Part shown: positions 9,821-19,441 of the stretch, one piece after another
Numbering within the stretch: position 1 is the first letter of the stretch
Layout: each line of letters starts with the position of its first letter
Assembly (NCBI GenBank): GCA_963706795.1
Contig: OY970170.1
Coordinates: 810,001-842,000 of the forward strand
Direction: 5' to 3'
From: Candidatus Saccharimonadota bacterium
GTDB taxonomy: Bacteria > Patescibacteriota > Gracilibacteria > BD1-5 > UBA2023
DNA: 32,000 bases
Made by a program: the position numbers and the translations under genes
Notes under the pieces: model-generated
Seen by the model: only the letters and a program-made list of their open reading frames with translations
What the model was told of the DNA's origin: nothing
The model's database searches: none

Positions 9821-10966
9821 ATGACCACTTCCGCACGTCCGCTGATCGGCTTGTCCGGCCTTAGGCTGATTGCTTGTTTAGGCATTGTTTTGTATCATTT
9901 AAATCAACTCAGGCCCACAGAGCATCTTGCACCCTGGAATTGGGATCACTATCAATTTATCGGTATGCTGCCGGTGATCGTAAGTTTTTTCTTCATCCTG
10001 TCTGCGGTGTCGAATTCGATGGGATTTTGGCGAAATATTTTCTTGAGCGAAGCGGTTCCAAATACTGGCAGGCTCTTTGTGGATCGATTGTTTAGGATTG
10101 CTCCTGCGTATTACGTAGCACTCTTGGCAAGTTTTGGATTGGTTTTAGCAATGCAATGAACGACGTCAGATATGTTCGTACGTATGCTTGCTTGAGTTAC
10201 GTTTTTATCATGGATATCGCCAGTGACATTTTTTCCAGTCGATATTAATGGGCCACTTTGGTATATCGCGTTCGATATGATGGGTGCGATTTTAGTCTAT
10301 AGCGTAATGTCGATCGCAGTTCGTATTCCAAAGATATGGATTGCACCGTTTTTAATAGGGATTGTTGGACTTCTTTTGCTTGTGCATCTCTGGTTTGTTG
10401 GACTCCATTTTCCAAAGATGGAAGGCATTATGTCAGTGTGGTTTCCGCTCTATAATCCATTCATTTTTGGACTGCATTTTATGTTTGGTATCCTCATAAG
10501 TGCGGGATTAGTACTCCAAGAAAAGTATCAGACAAGAAATCTACTGGGATATGATGTTGGATTTTTAATCGTATGCGGACTCACGATTTGGAGTCTGTGG
10601 TATCTACGTGATGTATGAGATTTTGAATATTCATTTTTGAATACGCCATACCATTTTCCATGGATGACAGGACTTATTGCACTTGGTATTTTTCTTGTGC
10701 CTTCTACGAGGTTTGCTGGGAGGTGGCTCGATTGTAATTTTTGTAAGGTCCTTGCTCCACTCACATATGCGGTGTATCTCTGGCATAAAGTGGTGATATA
10801 TATTCTTGGACTCTTCCTCTTTGGTTCGCACGAAATTCTCCCAATGTCACAGTGGTGGATACTCGTGTGCCTCGCGATTCCTCTTTCGTTTGGTATCTCA
10901 TGGATCAGCCATCACACGGTCGAAATACCAATTGTTCGACTTTGGAAATCTCGCAAAAGCTCATAA
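9821..10966 (+). CDS. Acyltransferase family 3 (O-acyltransferase-like) integral membrane protein
   Basis: ATG 9821 (MTTSARPLIGLSGLRLIACLGIVLYH fits the acyltransferase-3 start). It joins track ORFs 9650-10159, 10223-10618 and 10637-10966 through three in-frame TGAs, including 10157 and 10616. About 10 hydrophobic segments. Confidence 0.75.
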
Positions 10967-10999
10967 AAAAACATCTCCCATTTTGGGAGATGTTTTTTT
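10965..10999. terminator. Bidirectional A/T-flanked terminator hairpin
   Basis: AAAAAACATCTCCC-ATTTT-GGGAGATGTTTTTTT lies between the acyltransferase stop (10964-10966) and the stop of the convergent minus-strand gene (11008-11010). Confidence 0.75.
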
Positions 11000-11007
11000 A
11001 TCTAACA

Positions 11008-12186
11008 CTACGCCTTTTTGTAATTTGCGCAGAGCGTAAGAATCAAAGCACCAAATGCAAATGGTACTGCGATAAAGTCTATACCACTGATCACTGCCAA
11101 GAAGAGTGCAAGGAGTACGAATACCCCCCATTTTTGCCAAGTAGCAGCAAGATTTGGTGCAAATCTTGCTAGAATCAGCTTATAAAATACTACGAGCACC
11201 ACGAGTTTTGCAAAGACAAAACTAAAGATATATGTCATAAGCCCCAACAATCCTACAGGAATCCCTACGATCGTAATGAAACTCAAGATGATCACAAATG
11301 GCATGAGTAAGAAGTAGAGTACCCCGTACAAGAAACTCTTTCCTGGTGCTTCCTTAAGAAGCGTTGCAGCGCGTCCAAAGAACTTACCAAAGAGCCAGAG
11401 AAGTAGTCCGCCAAGAATTACGAGCGAGAAAAATCGATATATGACATAGGCGGTAACCATTCAGTAGAGCCAAGTCTTTTCTGTGTCGATCTTTGGTCCA
11501 AAAGTGGTAACGGCTCATTTGTAGTCAACCTTTCCGACTGCGATTTTTTCGAGATCTTTAATACGTTCTTTTGAGTAGTAGGTGAGTGTACCATTGATTT
11601 TTGCTTTTGGACCGATATAGATATTTTTTGGGTCCTCGATGTGAATGGTAGCATCTTTTTCGATGGTTCCATTGATGTCGAGATGTTCAGCATAGATATC
11701 CGTCTTTCATTTGACCGTTCCATCAATCACAATACGACTACCGGCTACACCAAGGTCTTTTCCGACCTGTACATCCTTGCTAATGCGGATGCTTCCACCT
11801 GCGATCATGAGATCGCCAGAGCCACTATTTTCAACCGAAATATTTCCTCCAGCAATACGTGTGTCGCCACGAACGAGACTTCGGATAATGATATCGCCAC
11901 CAGCCACAAGCAGATCATGTCCAAATATTCCACTCGTCTCAATGCGACCGCCGGTAATGACGGCATTATCTCAGACATTTCCAGTGATGTTGATCTCTCC
12001 GCCAGCAGCATAGAGGTCACCAGAAGTATTGGCATTGATATCGAGTTTTCCGGCTGTTACATAGGCGTTATCCTCGATATTTTTGTCGACGCGGATTTGA
12101 TCCTGACCATCGATTGCCACATATGCCGATAGGGCACTTGGCACGAGCATGAGTAGCAAAGCGCATCATGCGAGATATTTTTTCAT
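11008..12186 (-). CDS. Secreted bactofilin-like (polymer-forming cytoskeletal-type) beta-helical repeat protein with a C-terminal multi-TM domain
   Basis: Minus-strand ATG at 12186 (MKKYLA-G-CALLLMLVPSALSA signal peptide). Track ORFs 11971-12159, 11707-11907 and 11008-11460 share one frame and are joined by five TGAs. Degenerate repeats are GDLYAAGGEINITGNV / GHDLLVAGGDIIIRSLVRGDTRIAGGNISV / GDLMIAGGSIRI. The C-terminal 150 aa holds about 4 TM helices. Confidence 0.7.
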
Positions 12187-12234
12187 AAAAAAGAATTAAA
12201 TTCAGAACTTCATATACTTGGATGGAACGAATGC

Positions 12235-12279
12235 AAAAAAGTTTCAAAGTCGATTTTCTATATTCGTTGAAACTTTTTT
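12235..12279. promoter_or_regulatory. 13-bp perfect inverted repeat in a divergent intergenic region, containing an ECF-like TGAAAC -35 element
   Basis: AAAAAAGTTTCAA (12235-12247) and TTGAAACTTTTTT (12267-12279) are separated by 19 nt. On the + strand, TGAAAC (12268-12273) is followed after 16 nt by GTATCT (12290-12295), about 30 nt before the sigma-factor ATG at 12325. Confidence 0.4.
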
Positions 12280-12324
12280 GAAATGAGATGTATCTAAGGA
12301 GAAGCATCACTTCCAGAACTCAGA

Positions 12325-12891
12325 ATGAATGAACAGGACGCAATACTCATAGACGGATATCTTGCAGGTGATGCGAGGGCTTTTGATATGCTCATTACGC
12401 CTCACCTCCAAAAGATCTTTGCGATCTGCTTCCGTATCTGCCAGGACGAAGACGATGCACACGATATCACACAGGAAGTCTGTATAAAGATCATGAAATA
12501 TCTTCCGTGATTTGAGCGCAAGTCAGCCTTTACTACCTGGATATACCGGATCGCTTACACAGAATCTCTTCAGTTTCTCAGATCTAAAAAAGAATACATC
12601 GACCTCGAGGTTATTGCACCATATTTAGGTATCTCAGATGAACATGATATTGATAAACAAGATACCGAAATCCTTGTCCGGAAATCGATAGAGCAGCTCT
12701 CCGAAATAGACCGAAGCATCGTACTCTTCTTTTACTACGACGAACTTAAGATCCGTGAAATCGCCGAAATCATGGACATCAATGAAAATACTATCAAAAC
12801 CCGACTTTCTCGAGCAAAATCCTTCTTAAAAGCTCACCTCGAACCACTATGAAATACCTCATCCAAAGTCTCTACCAAGAGCCAAAAATAG
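12325..12891 (+). CDS. ECF-type sigma-70 family RNA polymerase sigma factor
   Basis: ATG 12325. Region 2 motif DAHDITQEVCIKIMKYLP-G-FERKSAFTTWIYRIAYTESLQFLR and region 4 motif LSEIDRSIVLFFYYDELKIREIAEIMDINENTIKTRLSRAKSFLK are present. Under code 25 the TGA of the ATGA junction (12850-12852) is read through, and the ORF ends at TAG 12889-12891. Confidence 0.85.
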
Positions 12892-13211
12892 ATACCGCTC
12901 GCGTGCTCAAGAATGTTGCACTTCGTACACAAAAAAAGACTGATGCGCTCTATTGGATTACGCTCGTCAATCTCATTTTGGGCTTTCTGCTTTTTGTGAG
13001 TTTTGTGACCTTTTTAGTGGCACTCAATATTGCATTTATGCCGGTTGTTTTTGGTACGTATGCAGCATTCGGATGACTGCTATTTGTGATCGTCGATATT
13101 GCGGTTGCAACGGGTATATTTGTGCTGGAACATGCTAATATGGTCTTTCCACTGGTCACTCTGGTGGCACTGGTGCAGCTTGCGTTTTTATCAACTCGAC
13201 GCGAAAGTTAG
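12849..13211 (+). CDS. Small multi-TM membrane protein, possible anti-sigma partner
   Basis: ATG 12849 sits in an ATGA overlap with the sigma gene. Track ORF 12849-13076 extends through TGA 13074-13076 to TAG 13209-13211. There are three or four hydrophobic helices. The anti-sigma role is inferred from position only. Confidence 0.55.
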
Positions 13212-15277
13212 CTCATATCCCGCATACTGAGTCCGATCTTGCCAGTAACTTTATCGATGCTCACGATTCGGACTTTGACCTTTTCGCCGACTTGTACGAA
13301 ATCCATTGGATTGGATACAAATCTATCTGCGATCTGTGAAACATGCACGAGTCCGTCACTCTTGAGGCCAATATCCACAAATGCTCCAAAAGCGACCACA
13401 TTGCGAATAGTTCCGGTGACGATATCTCATTCTTTGAGTTCCTCTGCGGAGCGTTTTTTATCGACTGCGGTATGGCTTGAGTGCTTGCGAGGATCTTCGC
13501 CGATAGCCGCGTAGGATTCACGAATAAATTCAATTGTTGACACCTGAGTATCAGGGTAGAGCTCTTGCAGAGTTAGGAGATGATCCTTAAAATTTTCTGG
13601 GGTTATTTTTTGATCGATGACGTATCTCGCAAGTGCGTATTGCTCTGGATGGATATTGGTATTGTCGAAGGGTTCAGAGCTCTCAGGAATTCGTAAAAAT
13701 CCGATTGATTGTTCGTAGGCCTTTTCGGAGAGGACCTTTTGAAGCTGTTTTCTGGATTTGTATGGTCGGTGCGCATAGACCTTTTTGGCAGTTCGTTTAT
13801 CAAATCCTGAGATATGATTTAGCACATAGACCGATGCGATATTCACATTTACGCCGACTTGATTGACCGTGTCTTCAACGGTAAATCCGAGACGTTCCTC
13901 GAGCTTTTTTTCGGCGATGTCGTGCTGGTACATACCAACTCCGATACTGCCAACTGGGATTTTAACGAGCTCGGAGAGTGGGTCGATATAGCGTCGTGCA
14001 ATCGAGATCGTGCCACGATCCGTCACATCGAGATCAGGGAATTCCTCCTGAGCAACTGGAGAAGCGCTGTAGACAGAGGCTCCAGATTCGTTGACTAAAA
14101 ACATAGGCGTGTCGATCACTTTTCGCACGAGTTCAACGGTTTCCTCGGAGCCAGTTCCGTTACCAATGGCGATGACTCATGGTTGGTATTTGGCATGGAG
14201 CGTCTTAAGAATTTCGAGCGCTTTTGCTTCTTCGTGAATAAAAATCTTACTAAATTCGAGAGGATTTCCGAGCTCATCGAGGATCACGATCTTACAGCCT
14301 GTTCTGTAGCCTGGATCGATCCCGAGGATTTTTTTACCATATTCGGGCTTGGTCATCAGGAGATTGCTGAGATTAGCCTGAAATGTTCGTATGGATTCGT
14401 CCTCGGCTTTTTCGGTGAGACCGTTGCGGAGCTCGGTTTCTACTGATTTAAAGAGCGCAGTATATCCTTTACTTACTGCTTCTTCGAGCTCTGCAATGAG
14501 TGATCCATGCGAAAAATGATGTTTGATAAGATCATATGACGCATCATCTTTCTCGATTTTAATATTTAAAATCTCAAGATTTTCTCCGCGATTGAGGGCG
14601 AGAGTTTGGTAAGGTTTGAGGCGAGAAACAATCGCCGAAAAATCAGCATAGATGGCAAATTTACGTACTTCTTCTCGGGTTTTATCATTGAGCTTTTCGA
14701 GCATTTTTTCGCTCTTCATTTTGGAGGCAATCATGCCGCGACCAAAGAGATAGGTGCGTTCAGTATCTCGCAAAATCGCGTTACCACTAATCTCTGCTGC
14801 AATGATTTCAATGGCTCATTCGATGATTTCCTCGCGAGGATAGAGATCGGTGAGATTTTTTGGGATTTCAAAAGCCCGATTTTTTTTGATCTCATCAGCC
14901 ACAATCTGGAATCCCTTTTCGATCGCGAGCATTGCTTTGGTTTTCTTTTTGAGTCGATAGGGCGCGTAGATGTCTTCGACTTCTTTTAGAGTTTTGGCAA
15001 GCTCAATATTGCGTTCGAGCTCGGGCGTAAGACTACCTTGCTCAGAGATGCCGGTGAGTGCAGTGACTTTGGCCTTATAGAGATTTTCTTCGCGCTTGCG
15101 GACATCGATGATGTCGCGGATTTGGTTTTCGTCGAGATCGCCGGTTCTCTCTTTTCGGTATCGGGCAATAAATGGCACGGTCGCTCATTCGGCCACGAGT
15201 TCGAGGACAGTTTGGATTTGGCGCGGTCGTATTTGGAGCTCTTTTTCGATGATGGCTTCGTAGTTTGGTTCTTGCAT
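13208..15277 (-). CDS. tex: Tex-like transcription accessory protein (YqgF/HhH/S1 domains)
   Basis: Minus-strand ATG at 15277. Track ORFs 14816-15178, 14177-14773, 13427-14128 and 13208-13399 share one frame and are joined by TGAs at 15185, 14816, 14177 and 13427. Motifs are VAE-G-ATVPFIARYRKERTGDLDE (Tex N-terminal signature), VIAIGNGTGSEE (YqgF-like), and a C-terminal S1 domain G-DIVTGTIRNVVAFGAFVDIGLKSDGLVHVSQ. Confidence 0.92.
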
Positions 15278-15439
15278 GGAGATTTTTTGATAGGGCGGGA
15301 TTATATCGGTTTCTCAGGATTTGGCATATAATCTTTGCCGAACTGACAGTAATTTTTAAGGGAAATTTTATTTTCCTGTCACATTTGTTTCCGAATGTCG
15401 TTCTAACATGTGAGGCTTCATACTTTTTCATTTCATAAC

Positions 15440-16009
15440 ATGATGCAGGACCGAGACATTGCACGATTGCAGAATGGAGATCTTGACGCATTTGGTGATC
15501 TCTATGAGCGATACGCAGACAAAATATATAGTTTTCTCTTCTACAAAACGTTTGATAAAGAAGTCGCTGAAGACCTCACGGCAGATACCTTTTTAAAGGC
15601 ATTCAAGAACCGTCAATCCTTCCATGGAAACACGGCCGCCGAATTTAGTTCTTGGCTCTATACGATCGCATACAATAATTCCGTTGATCATTTTAGAACC
15701 CATAAGCCCACCGATGAGATTGATGAGTCGGCAGAAGATCTTGGTTTTACCGAAGATACTGCAACTCAGATCGATGCGAAGTCGAAACTGGATGAGATTC
15801 TCTCATTCCTCGACACACTCGAAAAAGATCAAAAAGATATCATCATCATGCGACTTTGGGATGATCTTTCCTACCAGGAAATAGCGGAAATTACAGGGAA
15901 AACTCCCGATAACTGTCGCAAAATCGTATCACGAGTCCTTGCACAGATCCAGTCGAACATTACCTATATGTTTTTGTTCTGCATGGTTACCTATTACATC
16001 CAAAAATAA
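15440..16009 (+). CDS. ECF-type sigma-70 family RNA polymerase sigma factor (second copy)
   Basis: ATG 15440 lies within track ORF 15410-16009. Region 2 motif AEDLTADTFLKAFKNRQSF...FSSWLYTIAYNNSVDHFR and region 4 motif LEKDQKDIIIMRLWDDLSYQEIAEITGKTPDNCRKIVSRVL are present. No in-frame TGA. Confidence 0.85.
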   Translation: MMQDRDIARLQNGDLDAFGDLYERYADKIYSFLFYKTFDKEVAEDLTADTFLKAFKNRQSFHGNTAAEFSSWLYTIAYNNSVDHFRTHKPTDEIDESAEDLGFTEDTATQIDAKSKLDEILSFLDTLEKDQKDIIIMRLWDDLSYQEIAEITGKTPDNCRKIVSRVLAQIQSNITYMFLFCMVTYYIQK

Positions 16010-16013
16010 TCCT

Positions 16014-17618
16014 ATGAAAAAAAATCTCAAGCAGTTCCTCGAGGAACTCTACCAACTCGATCCAAGTCTTCAGGCGAAAGAAGAGCAGCTTCTTAAGATC
16101 CTTGATGAGATGCTCACAAATCGTCCAAATGCTCATTTTGATGAAGCGTTCAAGGCCGAACTTCATCGCAAGATTCGTGCCGAAATTTCCCTCGAAAAAG
16201 GACATATTCGTACCACTCATTGGAAAAATACACTCATCGGATTTTTTGCCGGAGCAGGAGGAGTTGCATTCGCAGCATTTGCGGTCTTCCAATTTGTAAA
16301 TCCACCTGCAGTTATTAATACTTCAACTGTTTCACCTCAGGCGATTTCGACCACTGCGCTTGCAGAAGTCGACTTTGGTTTTAAGGCTGAACAAAAACCA
16401 AATCAGGCATTCGGAGCTATCCGTTTTTCTGATCAGCCAACCTCAAAAGATGCTAAGGGACTCGAAGCAGGGAAATCTTCTGGCGGCGGAATGCGATATA
16501 CGGCAGTTGCCCCAACGGCAGCGCCTGCAGCAACGTCTCGTCCAAGTGGAGCTCCAGAAGCTACTTCGGTAACTCCAGCCACTGAGCCTGCAACACTCAA
16601 GATGTCGAGTACAGATAGCCGCATCGCAATGCCTCCATATGAGATGAAGACGTACAAATATATCTATTCAGGTTCTGGTCTCGTGATCAAGGATTCGGAA
16701 ATGAGTGTCTATCAGAAGCAAAAAAATACACTGACTTCTGCCGAAGCTCAGTCACTTCTCTCAAACTTTAAGGTTTCGAGTATTGACCTCAGTAAGTTTT
16801 CTGACCTCCTTGTAAATAGCATTGATCTCGCTGAAAACAAGCAATTCGGACATACAATCAATATGAATTTTGGAGAAGGGACTATGTTCATCTCTAAGAA
16901 CTGGACAAAGTGGCCACAGATCAATTGTCAGGATGATGCATGTTACAAAGCTAATCAGACAAAGCTCGCAGACGTTCCATCAGATGATGCATCTCTCGCT
17001 ATCGCAGCAAAATTCCTCAAGGATTACAAGCTCGATGTAAGTGCCTACGGCAAGCCATTCGTCAATAATGATTGGAAGAAACAATACGAAGCCGCAACTG
17101 ACAAGAGTACTGCTTACGTTCCAGATGCTGTAACGGTTATGTATCCACTCGTTATTGATGGTAAAACTGTTTACGAAGAATATGGTCAGGCAAAGGGAAT
17201 GACGCTCACTATCGACATTAAATCAGGAATTGTTTCTGATGTCAGTGGTATCGAAAAACTCAATTTTGCTTCATCGAAGTATTCAGTTGAGACGGACTTC
17301 AAAAAGATTCTCGAGGTTGCATCAAAGGGAGGACGAAATGGATTTAGCTTCCCATACCCAATTGCTTCTACAGATGACACAACAAAGGTAACAACTATCG
17401 ATGTAAAGCTTGGTGAACCAACAATGTCATTCACACACATCTACGAATACAAGGATGGAGAAAGTAACGAATACATCGTACCAGCACTTATCTTCCCAGT
17501 TACTCAGACTCCAAAGGAAGGGGAATATTTCTCAGACAAGATTATTGTTCCGATCGTAAAGGACTTCTTTGAGAGTAAAAATCCTCCGATTATGTACAAA
17601 GAAGCAATCGCTCAATAA
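16014..17618 (+). CDS. Single-pass membrane protein with a large extracytoplasmic domain, possible anti-sigma factor
   Basis: ATG 16014 (MKKNLKQFLEELYQLDPSL...) lies 5 nt after the sigma stop, within track ORF 15939-17618. It has a cytoplasmic helical N-terminus, the TM segment LIGFFAGAGGVAFAAFAVFQFV, an Ala/Pro/Thr/Ser-rich linker and a ~330-aa ectodomain. No in-frame TGA. The role is inferred from position and topology. Confidence 0.6.
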   Translation: MKKNLKQFLEELYQLDPSLQAKEEQLLKILDEMLTNRPNAHFDEAFKAELHRKIRAEISLEKGHIRTTHWKNTLIGFFAGAGGVAFAAFAVFQFVNPPAVINTSTVSPQAISTTALAEVDFGFKAEQKPNQAFGAIRFSDQPTSKDAKGLEAGKSSGGGMRYTAVAPTAAPAATSRPSGAPEATSVTPATEPATLKMSSTDSRIAMPPYEMKTYKYIYSGSGLVIKDSEMSVYQKQKNTLTSAEAQSLLSNFKVSSIDLSKFSDLLVNSIDLAENKQFGHTINMNFGEGTMFISKNWTKWPQINCQDDACYKANQTKLADVPSDDASLAIAAKFLKDYKLDVSAYGKPFVNNDWKKQYEAATDKSTAYVPDAVTVMYPLVIDGKTVYEEYGQAKGMTLTIDIKSGIVSDVSGIEKLNFASSKYSVETDFKKILEVASKGGRNGFSFPYPIASTDDTTKVTTIDVKLGEPTMSFTHIYEYKDGESNEYIVPALIFPVTQTPKEGEYFSDKIIVPIVKDFFESKNPPIMYKEAIAQ

Positions 17619-17641
17619 TTTAATTTCCGTAATTCCCAAAT

Positions 17642-18508
17642 ATGAAAAAATCGATAGTTCTCGCGTTCGCACTCCTTGCGAGCGCGCTCCTCTCTCACAC
17701 TTCGTTTGCAGCTGATGCACCAAAGGTCTGTACGCTCGAATACGCTCCTGTGTGTGGCGTAGATGGCAAAACCTATGGTAACCAATGTGGTGCCGATGCA
17801 GCAAGCGTAAAGGTCGACTACAAAGGTGAATGCAAGGCTCCAACTAAAATGTGTACTCGTGAATATATTCCCGTATGTGGCATCGACGGCAAAACCTACG
17901 GCAATAGCTGTACTGCAGAAGCTGCAAACACCAAAGTAGACTACAAAGGTGAATGTAAAGCAGTCACTCTTCCAGCTGGATTTAAGAACGGAAGCCCATT
18001 CGTAACTCGTTGGCAGCGTAATATCATCCAATTTTATGCGATCAATCACTTCTCTTCGATCACTACAAACGGTGATATTACTGGTGCAAAGATCCATATA
18101 GCTAAAGCATTCTGGGAGTATCCAACTGCGAGCTCGCCTCAGTCGCTCGTCATCGCCTATATCGCCAATAAGCAGTCATATGAAGAATCCTTCATGGCTT
18201 CACTCAGTGGTAAAAAGATCTCTATCTTGCCAGTAGTCTCCAAGGCGACACCATTCACTCTTAAAAAGGGTGAGAAGGCCTACATCGCAAGTAAACAATT
18301 AACGGTCGAACTCACGGATCTTGCAGACTCTCGCTGTCCCGCGAACGTCCAGTGTGTCTGGGCAGGGGAAGCTACTCTCCAGATCAAGTTCACCCGAGGT
18401 ACTGAAATTCTCGAAGGAAAAAATCTCCTCAAGGCATTCGGTCTCGAACTCGAAGTAAAAAAGAGTGATTACAAAACCGAAGCTACGTTCTCTATCAAGA
18501 GCGAATAA
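17642..18508 (+). CDS. Secreted protein with two tandem Kazal-type protease-inhibitor-like domains and an uncharacterised C-terminal domain
   Basis: Signal peptide MKKSIVLAFALLASALLSHTSFA. The two repeats are CTLEYAPVCGVDGKTYGNQCGADAASVKVDYKGEC and CTREYIPVCGIDGKTYGNSCTAEAANTKVDYKGEC, which carry the Kazal core (Y/x)xPVCGxDGKTYxNxC....G.C. The C-terminal ~190 aa include DSRCPANVQCVWAGEATL. Confidence 0.8.
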   Translation: MKKSIVLAFALLASALLSHTSFAADAPKVCTLEYAPVCGVDGKTYGNQCGADAASVKVDYKGECKAPTKMCTREYIPVCGIDGKTYGNSCTAEAANTKVDYKGECKAVTLPAGFKNGSPFVTRWQRNIIQFYAINHFSSITTNGDITGAKIHIAKAFWEYPTASSPQSLVIAYIANKQSYEESFMASLSGKKISILPVVSKATPFTLKKGEKAYIASKQLTVELTDLADSRCPANVQCVWAGEATLQIKFTRGTEILEGKNLLKAFGLELEVKKSDYKTEATFSIKSE

Positions 18509-18509
18509 T

Positions 18510-18539
18510 AAAAAAATCGAGCAAATGCTCGATTTTTTT
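18510..18539. terminator. Bidirectional A/T-flanked terminator hairpin
   Basis: AAAAAAATCGAGC-AAAT-GCTCGATTTTTTT lies between the Kazal gene stop (18506-18508) and the convergent pirin stop (18551-18553). Confidence 0.75.
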
Positions 18540-18550
18540 ATGGCTCCAGA

Positions 18551-19420
18551 TTATTCTGTGAGTCCCATTTTTCAGGCCTTAAGATCCTTAAATGCTTGCA
18601 TAATTTCCTCGTGGGTATTCATCACGAATGGTCCGTATTGTGCGATCGGCTCATCAAGTGGCTGTCCGGCCATGATGAGTACCTTTGCGGCTCCGTCTGC
18701 ACTGATGACGATGTTGCTGCCATCTTTTGAGAGATAGGCCATATCGCCATTTGCGAGAACTTTTCCATCTGCGGTTTTCACTGATCACTCTACAACGAGC
18801 ATCATTGTGTTATAGCCTTCGGTGCTTTTTATCTCGAGTGATCCGGCTTGATCAAATCGTACGTCATAGAGCTCAACCGGACTAAAGGTCGTTGCAGCTC
18901 ACTTCGTACCATTAAAATTACCAGCGATGACGCGGACTTTTCAGCTATCGAATGCAACCTCAGGAATACTCTGGCGCGTGAGTGCTTGGTATTTTGGGGT
19001 AGTCATCTTGTGCGACTTTGGGAGATTGACCCAGAGTTGGACGGCGTGTTGTGTTCCACCCATTCGAGCGAATTCTGCAGTCATGAACTCATTATGGAGA
19101 AGTCCACTTCCGGCAGTCATCCACTGGACTTCGTCATATCCAATAACGCCTCAGTTTCCGGCGGTGTCCTGGTGTTCTACTTCTCCAGAATACACGATCG
19201 TGACCGTCTCAAATCCACGATGTGGATGAAATCCAACTCCTGGACGATGATCACTTGGATCAATCTTCCATGGCGCGTTGTAGTCGAGCATGAGGAATGG
19301 GCTCGTGTCATTATTCATTTCACGACCATAGCCTGGAATATATTGTGATACACGAAATCCGTCACCAACCATGTGTTGTCCGGTTGGATGCTCGATATGT
19401 GTGATGTGTTTTGTCGTCAT
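18551..19420 (-). CDS. Pirin family (bicupin) protein
   Basis: Minus-strand ATG at 19420. Track ORFs 19151-19420 and 18572-18781 are joined with the intervening frame by five TGAs (19151, 18941, 18899, 18785, 18572), ending at TAA 18551-18553. Motifs are [38 protein letters not shown] and [26 protein letters not shown]. Confidence 0.88.
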
Positions 19421-19441
19421 AATTACGTTTTAGTGTCTGGT

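Noticed and set aside
12235-12279. The A-run/stem/T-run inverted repeat as a transcription terminator
   Set aside because: Both flanking genes point away from it, so nothing is transcribed into it. The stem is AT-rich with only two GC pairs. An operator or promoter role is more plausible.
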